Shown: piece after piece, positions 47,975 through 61,468 of the stretch
Position numbering within the stretch: the stretch's first letter is position 1
Layout: every line of letters starts with the position of its first letter
Assembly: GCA_964016885.1 (NCBI GenBank)
Contig: OZ024755.1
Coordinates: 37,448,001 to 37,512,000 of the forward strand
DNA length: 64,000 nucleotides
Direction: 5' to 3'
From: Eledone cirrhosa
Lineage: Eukaryota
Program-made: the position numbers and the translations under genes
The notes under the pieces: generated by a model
The model's input: only the letters and a program-made list of their open reading frames with translations
The model's database searches: none
Told to the model about the DNA's origin: nothing

Positions 47975-49070
47975 GTCGAAGGAGTAGAATCAAGCCCTGC
48001 CAAAGTCAGCAGTGACGTCACACACGCTACTGTGTGGGGCCCACTTCTTTTCATCATCTACATTAATGACATTTCTGACATCATCAAGCACAGCAACATC
48101 AAAATCTTCGCAGATGATTCCAAGCTCCAAAGGGTCATCAATGAGGTGGGTGACCGGACTTTCCTTCAGTCAGACCTACTGGCTGTTATCCAATGGGCAG
48201 AGATGAATAATATGCTGTTGAATGAAGATAAATTTGAACTAATCCACTTTGGAAAAAATGATGCTCTGAAACTACCATACTCTCTTCCTTCGGGTGAAAC
48301 TCTGCTGGCTTCCAATAACATCAGAGACCTGGGAGTAATTGTGGACAACAATATAAACTGGGCCACTCATATAAACAGCAAAGTTGATATGGCCCGCAGA
48401 ATGTGTTCCTGGATTCTCAGAACTTTCCAGTCGAGAGATATCCACACTGTTGTCCTTCTCTTTTCCACTTTTGCCCGACCCCACCTTGAATACTGTTGTC
48501 CACTGTGGTCACCCCACACGAAACAAAGTATCATGAAAGTTGAAGCACCCCAAAGGTCAATTACAAAAAAGATAGTTGGCATGACAGGCCTTGACTATTG
48601 GTGTCGATTAGAAAAGCTCAACCTTTATTCTCTCCAACGTCGCCGTGAGCGCTACATTATCTGTATGATGTGGAAAATATTCCATCAGCTTAGCCCAAAT
48701 GATGTTGGCATCACCTTTAGTGTACACGCAAGGCTTGGGCCCCGTGCTATCCGCCCAGGACAAAAATCCCACTCGCATCACATAACAACAATACGGCACA
48801 ATTATTTCACCTCAATTGGTCCTGCTCCCTTTAACATTACACCAAAACACATCAAAGCAGAGACAGACCCCACCAAGTTCAAGAAGTCTTTGGATAAATT
48901 CCTTCAAGAAATCCCGGATAAGCCTCCTACACCCGGATATGCCTCCGTAAACAATAACTCTCTGCTCGAGTGGGCCATGGTGCCCAAACACTGATTTGTA
49001 AGACTTCGCCAGGTGGTGTTATTAAGTTAGACATGGCCTGGGCCAATACTGGCCGAAACCTATCAAAGTT
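47975..49070 (+). mobile_element. 5'-truncated CR1-like LINE, second subfamily; RT C-terminal half open to 48994
   Basis: [35 protein letters not shown] and [11 protein letters not shown]. Confidence 0.92.
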
Positions 49071-49775
49071 ATATACATACATGTATACATATATATATAT
49101 ATACATACATGTATACATATATATATGTTTATATATATGTATAAATATATAAATATATATATATATACATACATGTATACATATATATATGTTTATATAT
49201 ATGTATAAATATATATATACATGTATACATATATGTTTATATATATATGTATACATATATATATATACATACATGTATACATATATGTTTATATATATAT
49301 GTATACATATATATATATACATACATACATGTATACATATATGTTTATATATATATGTATACACACATATACACATATATATATACATACATATATATAT
49401 AGACACACATATACACATATATATACATACATATATATATAGACACACATATACACATATATATATATACATATATATATATACACACATATATATATAT
49501 ACAGATATATATATACACACATATATATATATACATATATATATATACACACATATATATATATACATATATATATATACACACATATATATATATACAT
49601 ATATACACACATATATATATATACACACATATATATATATACACACATATATATATATATACACACATATATATATATACACATATATATATAGATACAT
49701 ATATGTACATACATATACATACACACACAGACATACACACACACACATATATATATGTATGTGTGTGTGTATATA

Positions 49776-50240
49776 TGACGGCTACACACTCTGCAAAGAG
49801 TATTGCAATGGCTTGTCAGATTACAGAAAATAGTGCACTTTTAGGCTACGGCCAGCCACACGATCCTGAACAAGCAGTGCCTGTGCTTTGAAGGTTTTTT
49901 AAGTGGGGAAAGGCCTCTGAGCATCGAAAACACTACCCGAAAAGGAGAACTGGTCAACATCATCGCATGCTTCCGAAGCCACAGGTTTTTTTTTCAGTTT
50001 CCTTCTCCTAGAAAGGTGTTCTGACAACTGGGGGCCTTTCCCTCCCAGGTGGAAAAAAAGTACTATTTGTATGGCCGTTGACTCTATCGAGTACCTCCGC
50101 CTTTTGCCGGGCCTTGTATTTCATTCTGCAGGGTGTCCAAATATCACCCTCCTCACCAAGCAAGCTTGGTGGTGTTGCCGGTTTAGTCGCCAACGACCCG
50201 ACCATGAGACATGTTGTACTGGGTTACACGTTGCCAGTAA
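49776..50240 (-). mobile_element. Diverged RTE-derived non-autonomous element
   Basis: Head TGTCAGGTCG..TTACTGG..CCAGTAC..GGCGACTAAACC..CACCAAG..CTTGGTGAGGAGGG. Confidence 0.75.
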
Positions 50241-50500
50241 CACTCGAGAGCGACCTGACATATATATACATATAGATATATACATACATACATATACACA
50301 TACATATATATATGCATATATACATAGAGAGAGAGGCGGGGGGAAAGAAAGAAAGAAAAAAAGAAGAAAAGAGAAAAAGAGATAATGGAAAAAAAAGAGA
50401 GAAAGAAAGAGACGGGATAACAACAAATACAAGAACAGGACAATATGCGGTGAAAAATGAGAAATGTAGTTTTAGGCGCAAAAGGAAGAGAAAGTGGGTA

Positions 50501-50533
50501 CATGACGTTTCGGGAAACGTTCTTCATCAGATA
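50501..50533 (-). ncRNA. Minimal hammerhead-like motif, degenerate stem II
   Basis: UAU-CUGAUGA-AGAACGUUUCCC-GAAAC-GUC-AUG. Confidence 0.5.
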
Positions 50534-51494
50534 GAATGTAGAAAAGAGAGAGAAAAACTCCCAAACGAAGGGAGATGACGATAAATTGGGTAGATGAGGC
50601 ATGTCAAACTGAGGGTCCCCCCAGCCACATGGTTCACAGATGTGTTGTCTGAGGACCATTACAACTAATATTTGTAGTTCAATGTGTCAGATTATTTGCT
50701 AAAACAGACATCACTGAAGTCTGCAGAGTAATGTGTCGTAAAGCATGTCAAGATGTTTCAATAAGGTTGCAAGCCTGTGTTGCAATCGAAGAAGTCTAGG
50801 TTGACCACGAAATGGAAAACCGATTTAACTAAGCAACGCATTAATTAAAAATGTACATTTGTGTGCTTACCTTATCTTGTTCATTGTTATGCTTCTATAT
50901 GGTATTATATTCCTTAACTTGTTTTATAACATTTTGTGTTAATAGAACTATAAATAATCAAGCGAGTCATGAATTCTGGCCCACCCTATATATATACATA
51001 TATATATATATAACACCCCGTCCATTTATCAAACGCGCTTGTACATTCACCCCTAGAGTCCTATCGCTTTCTCTTGATCATTAACATCTCTTACAACTAA
51101 TACAGACCGACTATATATGCTCACTCCACAGCTCTGTATACACACATACACACCCTTATATTAACATACTTTTGTTCATAGCTTCGTACTTACATGTACA
51201 CACACACTCTAACTCATATACACACACATTTCTTCTTAGCTGCGTACGGACCTATAATAACACACACACACACACGCTTACGCACGTGCACAAGTATAGC
51301 TCTTTTTACAAAACGTTTTTTTTTCCCATTTCAGCAGACGCGCTCCATCATCCACTTTTCTAAAAAATAAATCATACACAAAACACCAGTTTTACAAGAG
51401 ATGTCAACATGAATGGACCTGTTATTTTTATCTAAAGACATGTTTTCCAATTCCACCCAGCCAATCCCTTCAATCTATCTTATTTCTCATTCTT

Positions 51495-51530
51495 TCTTTT
51501 GATGAAGGACTAGTGTCCGAAACGTTAAGA
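51495..51530 (+). ncRNA. Minimal hammerhead, C3U copy
   Basis: UCUU-UUGAUGA-A-GGAC-UAGU-GUCC-GAAAC-GUU-AAGA, within a ~180-bp repeat (51438-51620) shared with 56706-56880. Confidence 0.7.
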
Positions 51531-51644
51531 CCCTCTTCCTGCTATATCAAGCGTTAACCTAATATATACCTCCCATATACTGTACCGATTGTGTTGTTAT
51601 TTCTGTTTACCTTTTACATACACACACATATATATATATCAGAT

Positions 51645-51840
51645 AGGGTGATGTAAAACACCAGGTGGACCATAACCCACCAGAGTACTCGATACTTGGG
51701 GTAGTAGAGTGGGTAATATGGAAATATTCAGGATGCCGACGGCTGAGCTCTGGCCGTTTCGACAGCTATATCCGAAAACAGTTTGGATCTAGCTGTCGAA
51801 ACGGCCGGAGCTCAGCCGTCGGGGTCTTGAATCTTTTCAT
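51645..51840 (+). mobile_element. Terminal-palindrome element (copy 4, ~120-nt hairpin)
   Basis: Body CCAGGTGGACCATAAC..GTAGTAGAGTGGGTAATA plus hairpin 51718-51840. Confidence 0.8.
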
Positions 51841-53750
51841 ATATATATATATATATTAGCAAAGATAATAATAATATTGAAACGAAGTGATCGTAAGAAC
51901 CGGTGTAACTTCGACCGTTCTGTCACTCAATGCTTTAATTAAACCAGCATCATTAAGATATCAACCAAAAAGGAAAGCAGAGTGCACACTTATATGTTAA
52001 TAGTGAGAGAAACGATCTCGCGTGGGTAGAGAGATTACTTCCCTGTCCCCGGACTAGGCACTAGTTTCTGTTAGCCCGTCTACTGGCAGCAGTCCATGTT
52101 GGACTGGCGTGTACAGAAATTAGGTAATGCTATTAAACATTACTTAATCGGTTAAGAGTAACTTCCTCAGCGGGAAGTTAGCCTCCTCGGAACAGGTCAA
52201 ACACCAGCCGACTGTATTCAGTGTGGAATGGCTGTTACAGTAGTCAGCGCCACATTTAGTGTGACATGTGACAGAGAAAGGGTGTTAAATTAATGTTCCC
52301 TACTTCTGAGGAACACGATGGTCATTTTTACAAATTGAAAAAAAAAGTAAAAAATGAGCCATGGAAGCACTCGACCAGGCCTTCAGTATAGAAGGTGTGT
52401 GCGTGCGTGTGCGTGTGTGTGTCAGTCTGTCCTCGAGCGCTAATGTAACATACAGCCCATTACAACCTGTTACAACACGGTCGGGTTGACGGTGACTAAA
52501 CCGGCAACCCACCAAGCTAGCTACGTTAGACGTATGATTTTTGCACACACTGCGGAATGAAAAACCAAACAAACGGGGAAGGAACCCAGGAGAGACATCG
52601 GTCATCTAATAATGTGTACAAGAAATAGATAGACAGAGTTCCTTAGTTTTGGTTGGCAGTCTCTCTAGGAGAAGGATCTCTCCGATTTCCTGACCGCGGT
52701 AGATGAGACTCCTTAGTCCCCATGGAAACAACCTTTTAAGAGACCAACGGTTTCATCCTTGGGGTGAGGGCGAATATGCTGCGGCTTGGGAGCCAGTTTC
52801 CAAGTAATGGACTAACAAGGGTTTGAGACCCATCGACGTCACTTTTTTTCCGATGAAAATCATGGACATGCAACATGATATAGATGAGCATGGGGCGTAC
52901 TGTCCATAGACAATGAGGATAGGAAAAGACCTGACCGGACAATATAATATATATATAGTTATGTAATAAGCAACATATTTTTTGCTTTTAAGAAACCACT
53001 GGTAAATGGAATAATTGCCTTATGTTGTTTATTACATAACTATTAAGCTCTGTTACCTACATAGAGCACTCTTTTTTCCTGGACTTTTCCGACGGAATTA
53101 CTTCATTTATATATATGTATATATATATATATATAAGTGACATAAACAGGTACTAAAATTTCGTCGGACGCCATGCTCTGCAGCATAGAGTTACCGATAT
53201 TACCAATAGTAGGCTGCATGGGTTCTTTTAAGGAAATCTTAGAACTGCACAAATCTTTGAGGCAGATTCCATAATTTATTGTTTGAGAAACATTGTAATG
53301 GTTGTTTTTTAACATTTTATGGTTGCTTTATATATTTCAACCACCATTTCCCTTCTCAGCACAATATTAGATTTAGAATTATACACAATTTTATTTTAAA
53401 TTACACGAACGGGTGAGGTGTGGGCCAGATGCATGTTAAAATAATCAGATAAGCTGGACGGGAAAGGGAACAAAAGATTAGATTTAGAATTGCAGAAACG
53501 TGTGAGGTGAGCATCACTGATAAGCTGGACAGGAAAGGGAAAAACAAATCAGTATGTGCTGGATCAAACTGGGATTTAATAAAGACTTATAAAACAAAAT
53601 GTAATAAAGCAAAGACGTCGATAATTTGGACATGACGTTGGAGCAAATGGCGGGCAAAGACTTTTAGTCGTGGGAGAAGATTCAAGAAAAACGTTAAGAA
53701 AAAGATCTAGAAACAAGTGGAATGACAATAGCATTTTAAGATAATATGAG

Positions 53751-53908
53751 ATAATTGTTTCTATTTTTGGCACAAGGCCAGCAATTACCCAGTGCATTAC
53801 TGGTACTTTATTTTATCGACAGGATTTGAACTCAGACCGTAAAAGTAGATAACTATGCTAGAAAGCATGGCGGCCAACCCTCTACCGATACTGCCAATTC
53901 CCCGCCCT
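53751..53908 (-). mobile_element. SINE family A, internally deleted
   Basis: Reverse complement of the family A head and tail. Confidence 0.8.
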
Positions 53909-54031
53909 GATAATATGAGATAATATAAAGTTGGGGGAGCTACTTACGCTCAGAGTGTTGATGGGTAAATGAAAATATATATAAAGAAAACATTTTGAAA
54001 ACTTGATTGAAATAAAGATATATGTCTACAC

Positions 54032-54854
54032 CAGAGGTTCTAAAAGTGGGTGCTATCGACCCCCCGGGGCCTTTGAGAAGGTCCAGGTGATAGTATATTA
54101 AGTATCAAATGATACATATGTTATATATAAATACAGTAAAATAAAAACTATGTAATATCTATTTATACATAGTATGTATATAATACTAAAACTCTGTGAT
54201 TGCTTGCTTGTCTGTAATGTAATACAGCCAAAAGGGCGCAGAATGGGAAAATACTTTGAAAGGAATTTGACCCTGAAATGGGAATACAAATGGAATAAAA
54301 CAGGTTTCGCATAAATGGGACCACGGGTTCCCGATATATGGGATTTTTCCCGATACCTTCATAAACAAAGAGAGAGAAAGAGATAGTGGTTGTGAGAGAG
54401 TAAATTTGAAAGAGAAACATAGAGAGAGGGAGAGGAAAAAGAAGGAGAATGGAAGAGAGAGCTGGTGGTGGTGTATATATATATGTTAGTGTGTGTGTAT
54501 ATGTGTACGTGTGTGACCAGTGTATATAGATCACAGGTACACACATACACACACACACATATATATATATGTATACAAGCACACACATTTATATATATAT
54601 ATGGGCCTTCCAGTTTCATTTTACATTATATACATGTCTGTGTATATTTTAATTATTTTAAAATTATTTTTAAGTGAACATGATTTTTAAAAAATATTTT
54701 GAAATGAACATGACCCAACGGGTCACGGGTGGTCTAATATATTATATTAACAATTTTCGTGTAGGCAGGTCTCTCGGGAAATAGGGTTTGGGGTGCTAAG
54801 GGTTTTAGATGGCCATGAGGGAGGGGGGGGGGGACAAACGTTTGCGAACTTCTG
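54032..54854. mobile_element. Degenerate hAT-like MITE
   Basis: Ends CAGAGGTTCTAAAAGT / ACGTTTGCGAACTTCTG; flanks GTCTACAC / TCCTACTC (5/8 match). Confidence 0.45.
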
Positions 54855-54963
54855 TCCTACTCAGTCATGACTGGCCTGAAGATAAACAATCTCTGAAACT
54901 ACACACGAAACATTTCTCTTTGTATATTCAACCAATGAATGAAACTGTTTGGAATTCGTGTGC

Positions 54964-55100
54964 CGGAAGTCAGTCAAGATACCAACTAGGCATGACGGAA
55001 GTCAGTCAAGATACCAACTAGGCATGACGGAAGTCAGTCAAGATACCAACTAGGCATGACGGAAGTCAGTCAAGATACCAACTAGGCATGACGGAACTCA
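54964..55100. repeat. 32-bp minisatellite, ~4.3 copies
   Basis: CGGAAGTCAGTCAAGATACCAACTAGGCATGA repeated. Confidence 0.95.
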
Positions 55101-55422
55101 GACAAGCTAGACACACTTAAAGTGTTGGTGTAGAAATGAAAACACTATCGCAACAGCTTATATGCATATTATTCCAAATTGCATGAACGGATTCAGTGAC
55201 ACAGGTGAACAGATGATGAGAAATCGAAGCGAAATCATAAAAAGAAAATCAATTCTGTTAAGATAAAGTTGTTCTAACGGTCCTGGTGTTTCATTGGTTT
55301 TGTTGGGTGTAATTGGGCGGAGAGGAATAAGTAAAAACAGTGAATATAATACATAATGGTGTCCAAAAAATACAGAATATTGTTTTGAGAGAGAGAGAAT
55401 GAGAGAGAGAGAGAGAGAGAAT

Positions 55423-55453
<31 letters not shown>

Positions 55454-56031
55454 AGAGAGAGAGAGAGAGAATAAGAGAATGAGAGAAAGAGAGAATAAGA
55501 GAATGAGAGAAAGAGAGAATAAGAGAATGAGAGAAAGAGAGAATAAGAGAATGAGAGAAAGAGAGAAAGAGTGTGTCTGGATGTGCCTGTGTGTATGTAT
55601 ATGTGTGTGTGCCTGTGTGTTATGTATGTGTGTGTATGTGTGTGCATGTGTATATGTGTATGTGTGTGTATATGTGTGGGTGTGTGTGAATGTGTTCATG
55701 TGTATGTGTGTATGTGGGTGTGTGTGTGTGAATGTGTGCATGTGTATGTGTGTGTGGGGGGGGGTGAATGTCTGCATGTGTATATATATATGTATGTGTG
55801 GGTGGGTGTGAATGTGTACATGTGTATATATATATGTGGGGGGAGGGGGTAAGTGTGTGTGAGAGAGAGCAGGTGGTGAGGGAAGGGTGTAAGAATAGCC
55901 ACAGCTGGTCTGTCCGTTCTCCATCACAAACAGTTTAATTACACTCCCACAACTCAAGAAATCCTATTTATTGAGCCGAGAAGGTAAAAGACAAAGTTTA
56001 TCTCACTGGGATTTGAACTCAGATCGCCAAC

Positions 56032-56550
56032 GTGTGTGTGGTGTGGTGCGGTGCGGTGCGGTGTGGTGTGTGTGGTGTGTGATGTGGTTTGGGTGTGTGA
56101 TGTATGGTGGTGTGGTGTGGGTGGGTGATGTATGGTGGTGTGGTGTGGTGTGGTGTGGTGTGGTGTGGTGTGGTATGTGGAGGGTGGTGTGGTGTGGTGT
56201 GGTGTGGTGTGGTGTGGTGTGGTGTGGTGTGGTGTGGTGTGGTGTGGAGGGTGGTTGGGTGTGGAGGGTGGTTGGGTGTGGAGGGTGGTGTGGTGTGGTG
56301 TGTGGTGTGGTGTGGTGTGGAGGGCGGTGTGTGGTGTGGTGTGGAGGGTGGTGTGGAGGGTGGTGTGGAGGGTGGTGTGGAGGGTGGTGTGGTGTGTGGT
56401 GTGGGTGTGTGGTGTGTGTGTCTGTGTGGGGTGTATGGTGTGTGTGTGTGTGGGGTGTGGGTGTGTGGGTGTGGGGTGTGGGTGCGTGGTGTGTGGGTGT
56501 GTGGTGTGGTGTATGGTGTGTGGTATGTGGTGTGTGGTATGTGGTGTGAG
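56032..56550. repeat. (GTGTG/GTGGT)n G-rich simple repeat
   Basis: Direct inspection. Confidence 0.9.
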
Positions 56551-56757
56551 TAGTGTCAAAATTCTCCATAAGGTTAACAACGACCTCCCAGAATTAATAT
56601 CACTAACGACTTACTGTAAACATTTAAACTAATAAAGAATTTATCCGCCAGTGAAGTCATTCTTCTCTTTTTTCAAATATATTTTACTGTACCAAGGAAT
56701 TTCCTTCATGTTTCTCCACTCCACCCGTCCCTTCAATCTATCTTATTTCTCATTCTT

Positions 56758-56793
56758 TCTTCTGATGAAGGACTAGCGTCCGAAACGTTAAGA
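56758..56793 (+). ncRNA. Minimal type I hammerhead ribozyme, intact core
   Basis: UCUU-CUGAUGA-A-GGAC-UAGC-GUCC-GAAAC-GUU-AAGA. Confidence 0.85.
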
Positions 56794-56911
56794 CCCCTCT
56801 TTCTGCTATTTCAAGCGTTAACCTAATATATTCCTTCCGTGTAATGTACCGATTGTGTTATTTCTGTTTACCTTTTACATAAATATATATACATACATAT
56901 ATACATACATG

Positions 56912-57187
56912 CAGTTGTCCCCCGGTATTCGCGAGGGTTCCGTTACTAGGGCACCAACGAAGTGTGAAAAGCCGCGAATATTGGACGTGGTCCATAAAAA
57001 TGCCTATAAATGTCAAAACAACATAAAATATAGACCGCCAAAATTTAGTATTAAAAAGCGTGAAAAAATATATATTGCCATTAAAAAATCGCGGAAGATA
57101 TTTACAATTCCGCGAATATGCGGTGGTTTCTTTAACAATAATTGGTTAGGTTCTGAGGACAATTCCACAAATGCCGAGGGTACACTG
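56912..57187. mobile_element. Tigger/pogo-like MITE
   Basis: Imperfect TIRs CAGTTGTCCCCCGGTATT / AATGCCGAGGGTACACTG and internal CCGCGAATA motifs. Confidence 0.65.
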
Positions 57188-57188
57188 C

Positions 57189-57222
<34 letters not shown>

Positions 57223-57844
57223 GTACACATATATGTGGGGGGTGGCAGGTAAAAAGACTCACAGTCGCTTCTGACTTCCAAATCAGTCAAAAACGACGCG
57301 TTTTGGTGGGGGGTTTTTAACGGGATGGAGGAGGAGAGACCCTCGGAGTTTCGTAACCTCGGAATTATCTTTAGTGGGAATGTCTTTCCTGGCTTTTCAT
57401 GTCGATCACGTGACGTGTGTCTGTGTGTGACGGGCTTCAGTTTCTGTCTACCAATTCCCCACTCACTGAATATTGGTCAATATTTTAACATATTTACTTT
57501 CCTTCTCTTCGTTTTTATTTTGTCCCATGTTTGTTTTATTTGTTATTCTTTCCGACTCCCACAACCCCGACTCTCACAACTGACTTCCCCCCTTCCCCGA
57601 CTCCCACAGCCCCGATTCTCACAACTGACTCTCCCAACCCTGATTCTCACAACTGTGATTCGTCTTCACTTATTACCAATCTTCGACATCGATTTCTATT
57701 GAGGATTTATTTCAAGGAATTTTTAGAACGAGAATATCTTTGAGACAAATGTCTGAATTCAGTGTTTGGTATTCTCTGAGTCTGAGAAGCTATTGTAATG
57801 GCTGCTATTGATAATTTAAGTCATTTAACTATTATTTACCATGT

Positions 57845-58165
57845 AATCACATGTAGTGTTTGACACGAATATAGTATTTGACACACATAGTATTTGACAC
57901 ACATGTATTTGACACACCTGTAGTATTTGACACACATGTATATGACACACATGTATATGACACATGTAGTATTTGACACACCTGTAGTATTTGACACATG
58001 TATTTGACACATGTAGTATTTGACACATGTATATGACACATGTAGTATTTGACACATGTATTTGACACATGTATTTGACACACCTGTAGTATTTGACACA
58101 CATGTATTTGACACATGTAGTATTTGACACATGTAGTATTTGACACACCTGTAGTATTTGACACA
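57845..58165. repeat. Minisatellite of 13-18-bp GTAGTATTTGACACAT variants
   Basis: Direct inspection. Confidence 0.9.
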
Positions 58166-58634
58166 AAATGTAAACTTACTGAACAAAATTAGATTTAAAG
58201 CTACACAGGCATCAGTGAAATTCACATTTAAAATCTCACTGTGTAAATGTCTTCTCTCTTTTCACTGTTATTGCTTGTGTGGCATCTTGGTATAACAATT
58301 GTTATACTTAATTTAATTATTGTTGATGTAATGAAATTTAGGTAATTGTCAATACATTTTTCGTTGTTGTATGAATCCTGATTTCTCATTGCTATAGCGT
58401 TTGTGTACATCATTACCAGCTTCTATACTGTTCTATGTTTTTTTTCTGGGTTTTGGTGGGGGATGGGCGTGATCACCATAGTAATGGAATATTGTGGCGA
58501 ACAGTCATTCGTTTGATACATCTATATTGTAACAAATTCAATATCAACCCAATTTTGAACGAGTTCCATCAGAAATATAAACGTAGAAAATCAAACAAAT
58601 ACAAACAAATATCAACAACATCTCTATTAAAATA

Positions 58635-58826
58635 TAATTGTTTCTACTTTTGGCACAAGGCCAGCAATTACCCTGTGCATTACTGGTACTATATTTTATC
58701 GACACCGTAAGGATGAAAGGCAAAGTTAACCTCGGCAGGATTTGAACTCAGATCAGAAAGGGGCGTAACTCTGTGCTACAAAGCATGTTTCCGACCCTCT
58801 ACCGATACTGCCAAACCACCATCCTG
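58635..58826 (-). mobile_element. SINE family A
   Basis: Full-length reverse-complement copy. Confidence 0.88.
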
Positions 58827-58849
58827 TATTAAAATATTATAGCAAACTA

Positions 58850-59330
58850 TTTTACAGTTAATATGGTGGCAAAATATTTTAGGACAAAAAATATGATGGC
58901 GAAATATTTTAGGAGAAAAAATATGATGGCAAAATATTTTAGGACAGAAAATATGATGGCGAAATATTTCAAGTAAAAAAATATGATGGCAAAATATTTT
59001 AGGACAAAAAAAAAATAGTAGCAGACTGTCTTATAGTTAATATGATGGCAAAATATTTTAGGACAAAAAAAAAATAGTAGCAGACTGTCTTATAGTTAAT
59101 ATGATGGCAAAATATTTTAGGACAAAAAAAAAATAGTAGCAGACTGTCTTATAGTTAATATGATGGCAAAATATTTTAGGACAAAAAAAAAATAGTAGCA
59201 GACTGTCTTATAGTTAATATGATGGCAAAATATTTTAGGACAAAAAAAAAAATAGTAGCAGACTGTCTTATAGTTAATATGATGGCAAAATATTTTAGGA
59301 CAAAAAATATGGCAAAATATTTTAGGACAA
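58850..59330. repeat. Two-level minisatellite (30-bp and ~59-bp units)
   Basis: ATATGATGGCAAAATATTTTAGGACAAAAA, with or without TAGTAGCAGACTGTCTTATAGTTA. Confidence 0.92.
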
Positions 59331-59797
59331 AGAAAATGCAGGATTATAGACGGAGAAAGTTGTCTTCTTGGTATTAAAAAAAAAAGTGAACGTACAATTG
59401 TTCCAAGTTGTAGGCCTCTGGTTTGCACATAAACAAGTCAAGGGTTGTACTGGCGGAATGAGAACGGTGCCGTTCTGACACATTTTAAACTTGGTAGAAC
59501 CCACCCTTCTCTTGGTCGAAATACAGCAGGTTTTCTTCCAAAGAAAGAGAGAGAACCAGTGATGTATTAGTACTTTATCAATCTCGAAAGGATGTAATAT
59601 ATAGTGGACTTCGGTGAATCTGAACTCAGTGAGCTCAAACAAATACATGCTTGCATGGTCCCATAACTTCTAGGGCAGTCGTAGGGGCGCCGTATTGACA
59701 TACGGCGTTTCTAGAGCATATCCTAAAACCTGGCAGGGCCCATCTCCTCACCAGGTCTGAATACAGCAGATTTCTTCCAGAGAAGGATAGAGTGAGA

Positions 59798-59987
59798 TAA
59801 TTGTTTCTACTTTAGGCACAAGGCCAGCAATTACCCAGTGCATTACTGGTACTATATTTTATCGACCCTGTAAGGATGAAAGGCAAAGTCAACCTCGGCG
59901 GGATTTGAACTCAGATCGTAAAGGGACGTAACTATGCTGGAAAGCATGGCGTCCGACCCTCTACCGATACTGCCAATCCACAGCCCC
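59798..59987 (-). mobile_element. SINE family A
   Basis: Full-length reverse-complement copy; partial plus-strand copy at 60050-60145. Confidence 0.9.
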
Positions 59988-60534
59988 TAGATAGAGTGAG
60001 ATAATGGGAGTGAGAAAGAGAGACATAAAACCTTACACTATTTATTAGTTAGCTTTGCCTTTCATCTCTACGGGGTCGATAAAATAAAGTACCAGTAATG
60101 TACTGGTTAAATTGCTGGCCTTGTGCCAATAGTAGAAGCAATTATTAGTTACGTCTCTTAATGTTTAAATTTGGGGACGGTTGCTAATCACATGACCCAC
60201 TGGAAGGAGTTGCTGAGGACTCTTACACCCAAGACCTTCCCAAGAAGAAGAGTTAATTAATTAATTGATTACTTAATTAAGTCTGTAGCCAACTAATGCA
60301 TAGTCATGCAAATTGGATTAGCCACTTCAGTTGGGTCCGATATAAATAACTAAATTACGAGTCGATGAGAAGGGAGCAGGTGAAGGTTGCCACTGAGTGG
60401 TTTTATCAGCAACAATAGAGTCATCTAGTTTTAAATGGTAGCAAAAATAGAATTGAGCGCAGTTGGAGGATATTATCTTGGCAAGAGAAGATGGCGGAAA
60501 AGTGTGATAAATTGATGCAGAGTTGAGATGTAGT

Positions 60535-60667
60535 AGAGAGGGAGAAAGAGAAAGAAAGTGAGAGAAAGAAAGAGGGATAGAGAGAGAGAGAAAGAGAAAA
60601 AGAAAGAGAGACAAAGAAATAAAGAAAGAGACAAAGAAAGAAAGAGAAAGAAATAAAGAAAGAGACA

Positions 60668-60719
<52 letters not shown>

Positions 60720-61185
60720 CAAAGAAAGAAAGACAAAGAAAGAAAGAAAGAAAGAAAGAGACAAAGAAAGAAAGAAAGAGAGAAACAAAGAAAGAAAGAA
60801 AGAAAGAGAGAAAGAAAGAAAGAAAGAAAGAGAAAGAAAGAAAGAGAAAGAAAGAGAAAGAAAGAGAGAGAGAAAGAAAGAGAGAGAGAAAGAGAGAGAG
60901 AAAGAAAGAGAGAAAGAAAGAGAGAAAGAAAGAGAGAAAGAAAGAGAGAAAGAAAGAGAGAGAGAGAAAGAAAGTGAGAGAGAAAGAAAGTGAGAGAAAG
61001 AAAGAGGGATAGAGAGAGACAAAGAAATAAAGAAAGAGACAAAGAAAGAAAGAGACAAAGAAATAAAGAAAGAGACAAAGAAAGAAAGAAAGAAAGAAAG
61101 AAAGAGACAAAGAAAGAAAGAAAGAAAGAAAGAGACAAAGAAAGAAAGAAAGAAAGAGACAAAGAAAGAAAGAAAGAAAGAGACA

Positions 61186-61221
<36 letters not shown>

Positions 61222-61468
61222 GAAAGAAAGAAAGAGAAAGAAAGAGAGAGAGAAAGAAAGAGAGAGAGAAAGAGAGAAAGAAAGAGAGAAAGAGAGAAAG
61301 AAAGAGAGAAAGAAAGAGAGAAAGAAAGAGAGAAAGAAAGAGAGAAAGAAAGAGAGAAAGAAAGAGAGAAAGAAAGAGAGAAAGAAAGAGAGAGAGAAAG
61401 AAAGAGAAAAAGAAAGATAGAGAGAAAGAAAGAGAGAAAGAAAGAGAGAAAGAAAGGGAGAAAGAAAG
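60535..61468. repeat. (GAAA)/(GA) polypurine repeat
   Basis: Direct inspection. Confidence 0.95.

Noticed and set aside
54964-55100. 32-bp repeats of CRISPR-like length
   Set aside because: Direct tandem with no spacers.
59322-59648. Cys-rich ORF resembling a chitin-binding domain (KFKMCQNGT)
   Set aside because: Cys spacing does not fit, and the start is shared with a diverged repeat at 59680-59790.
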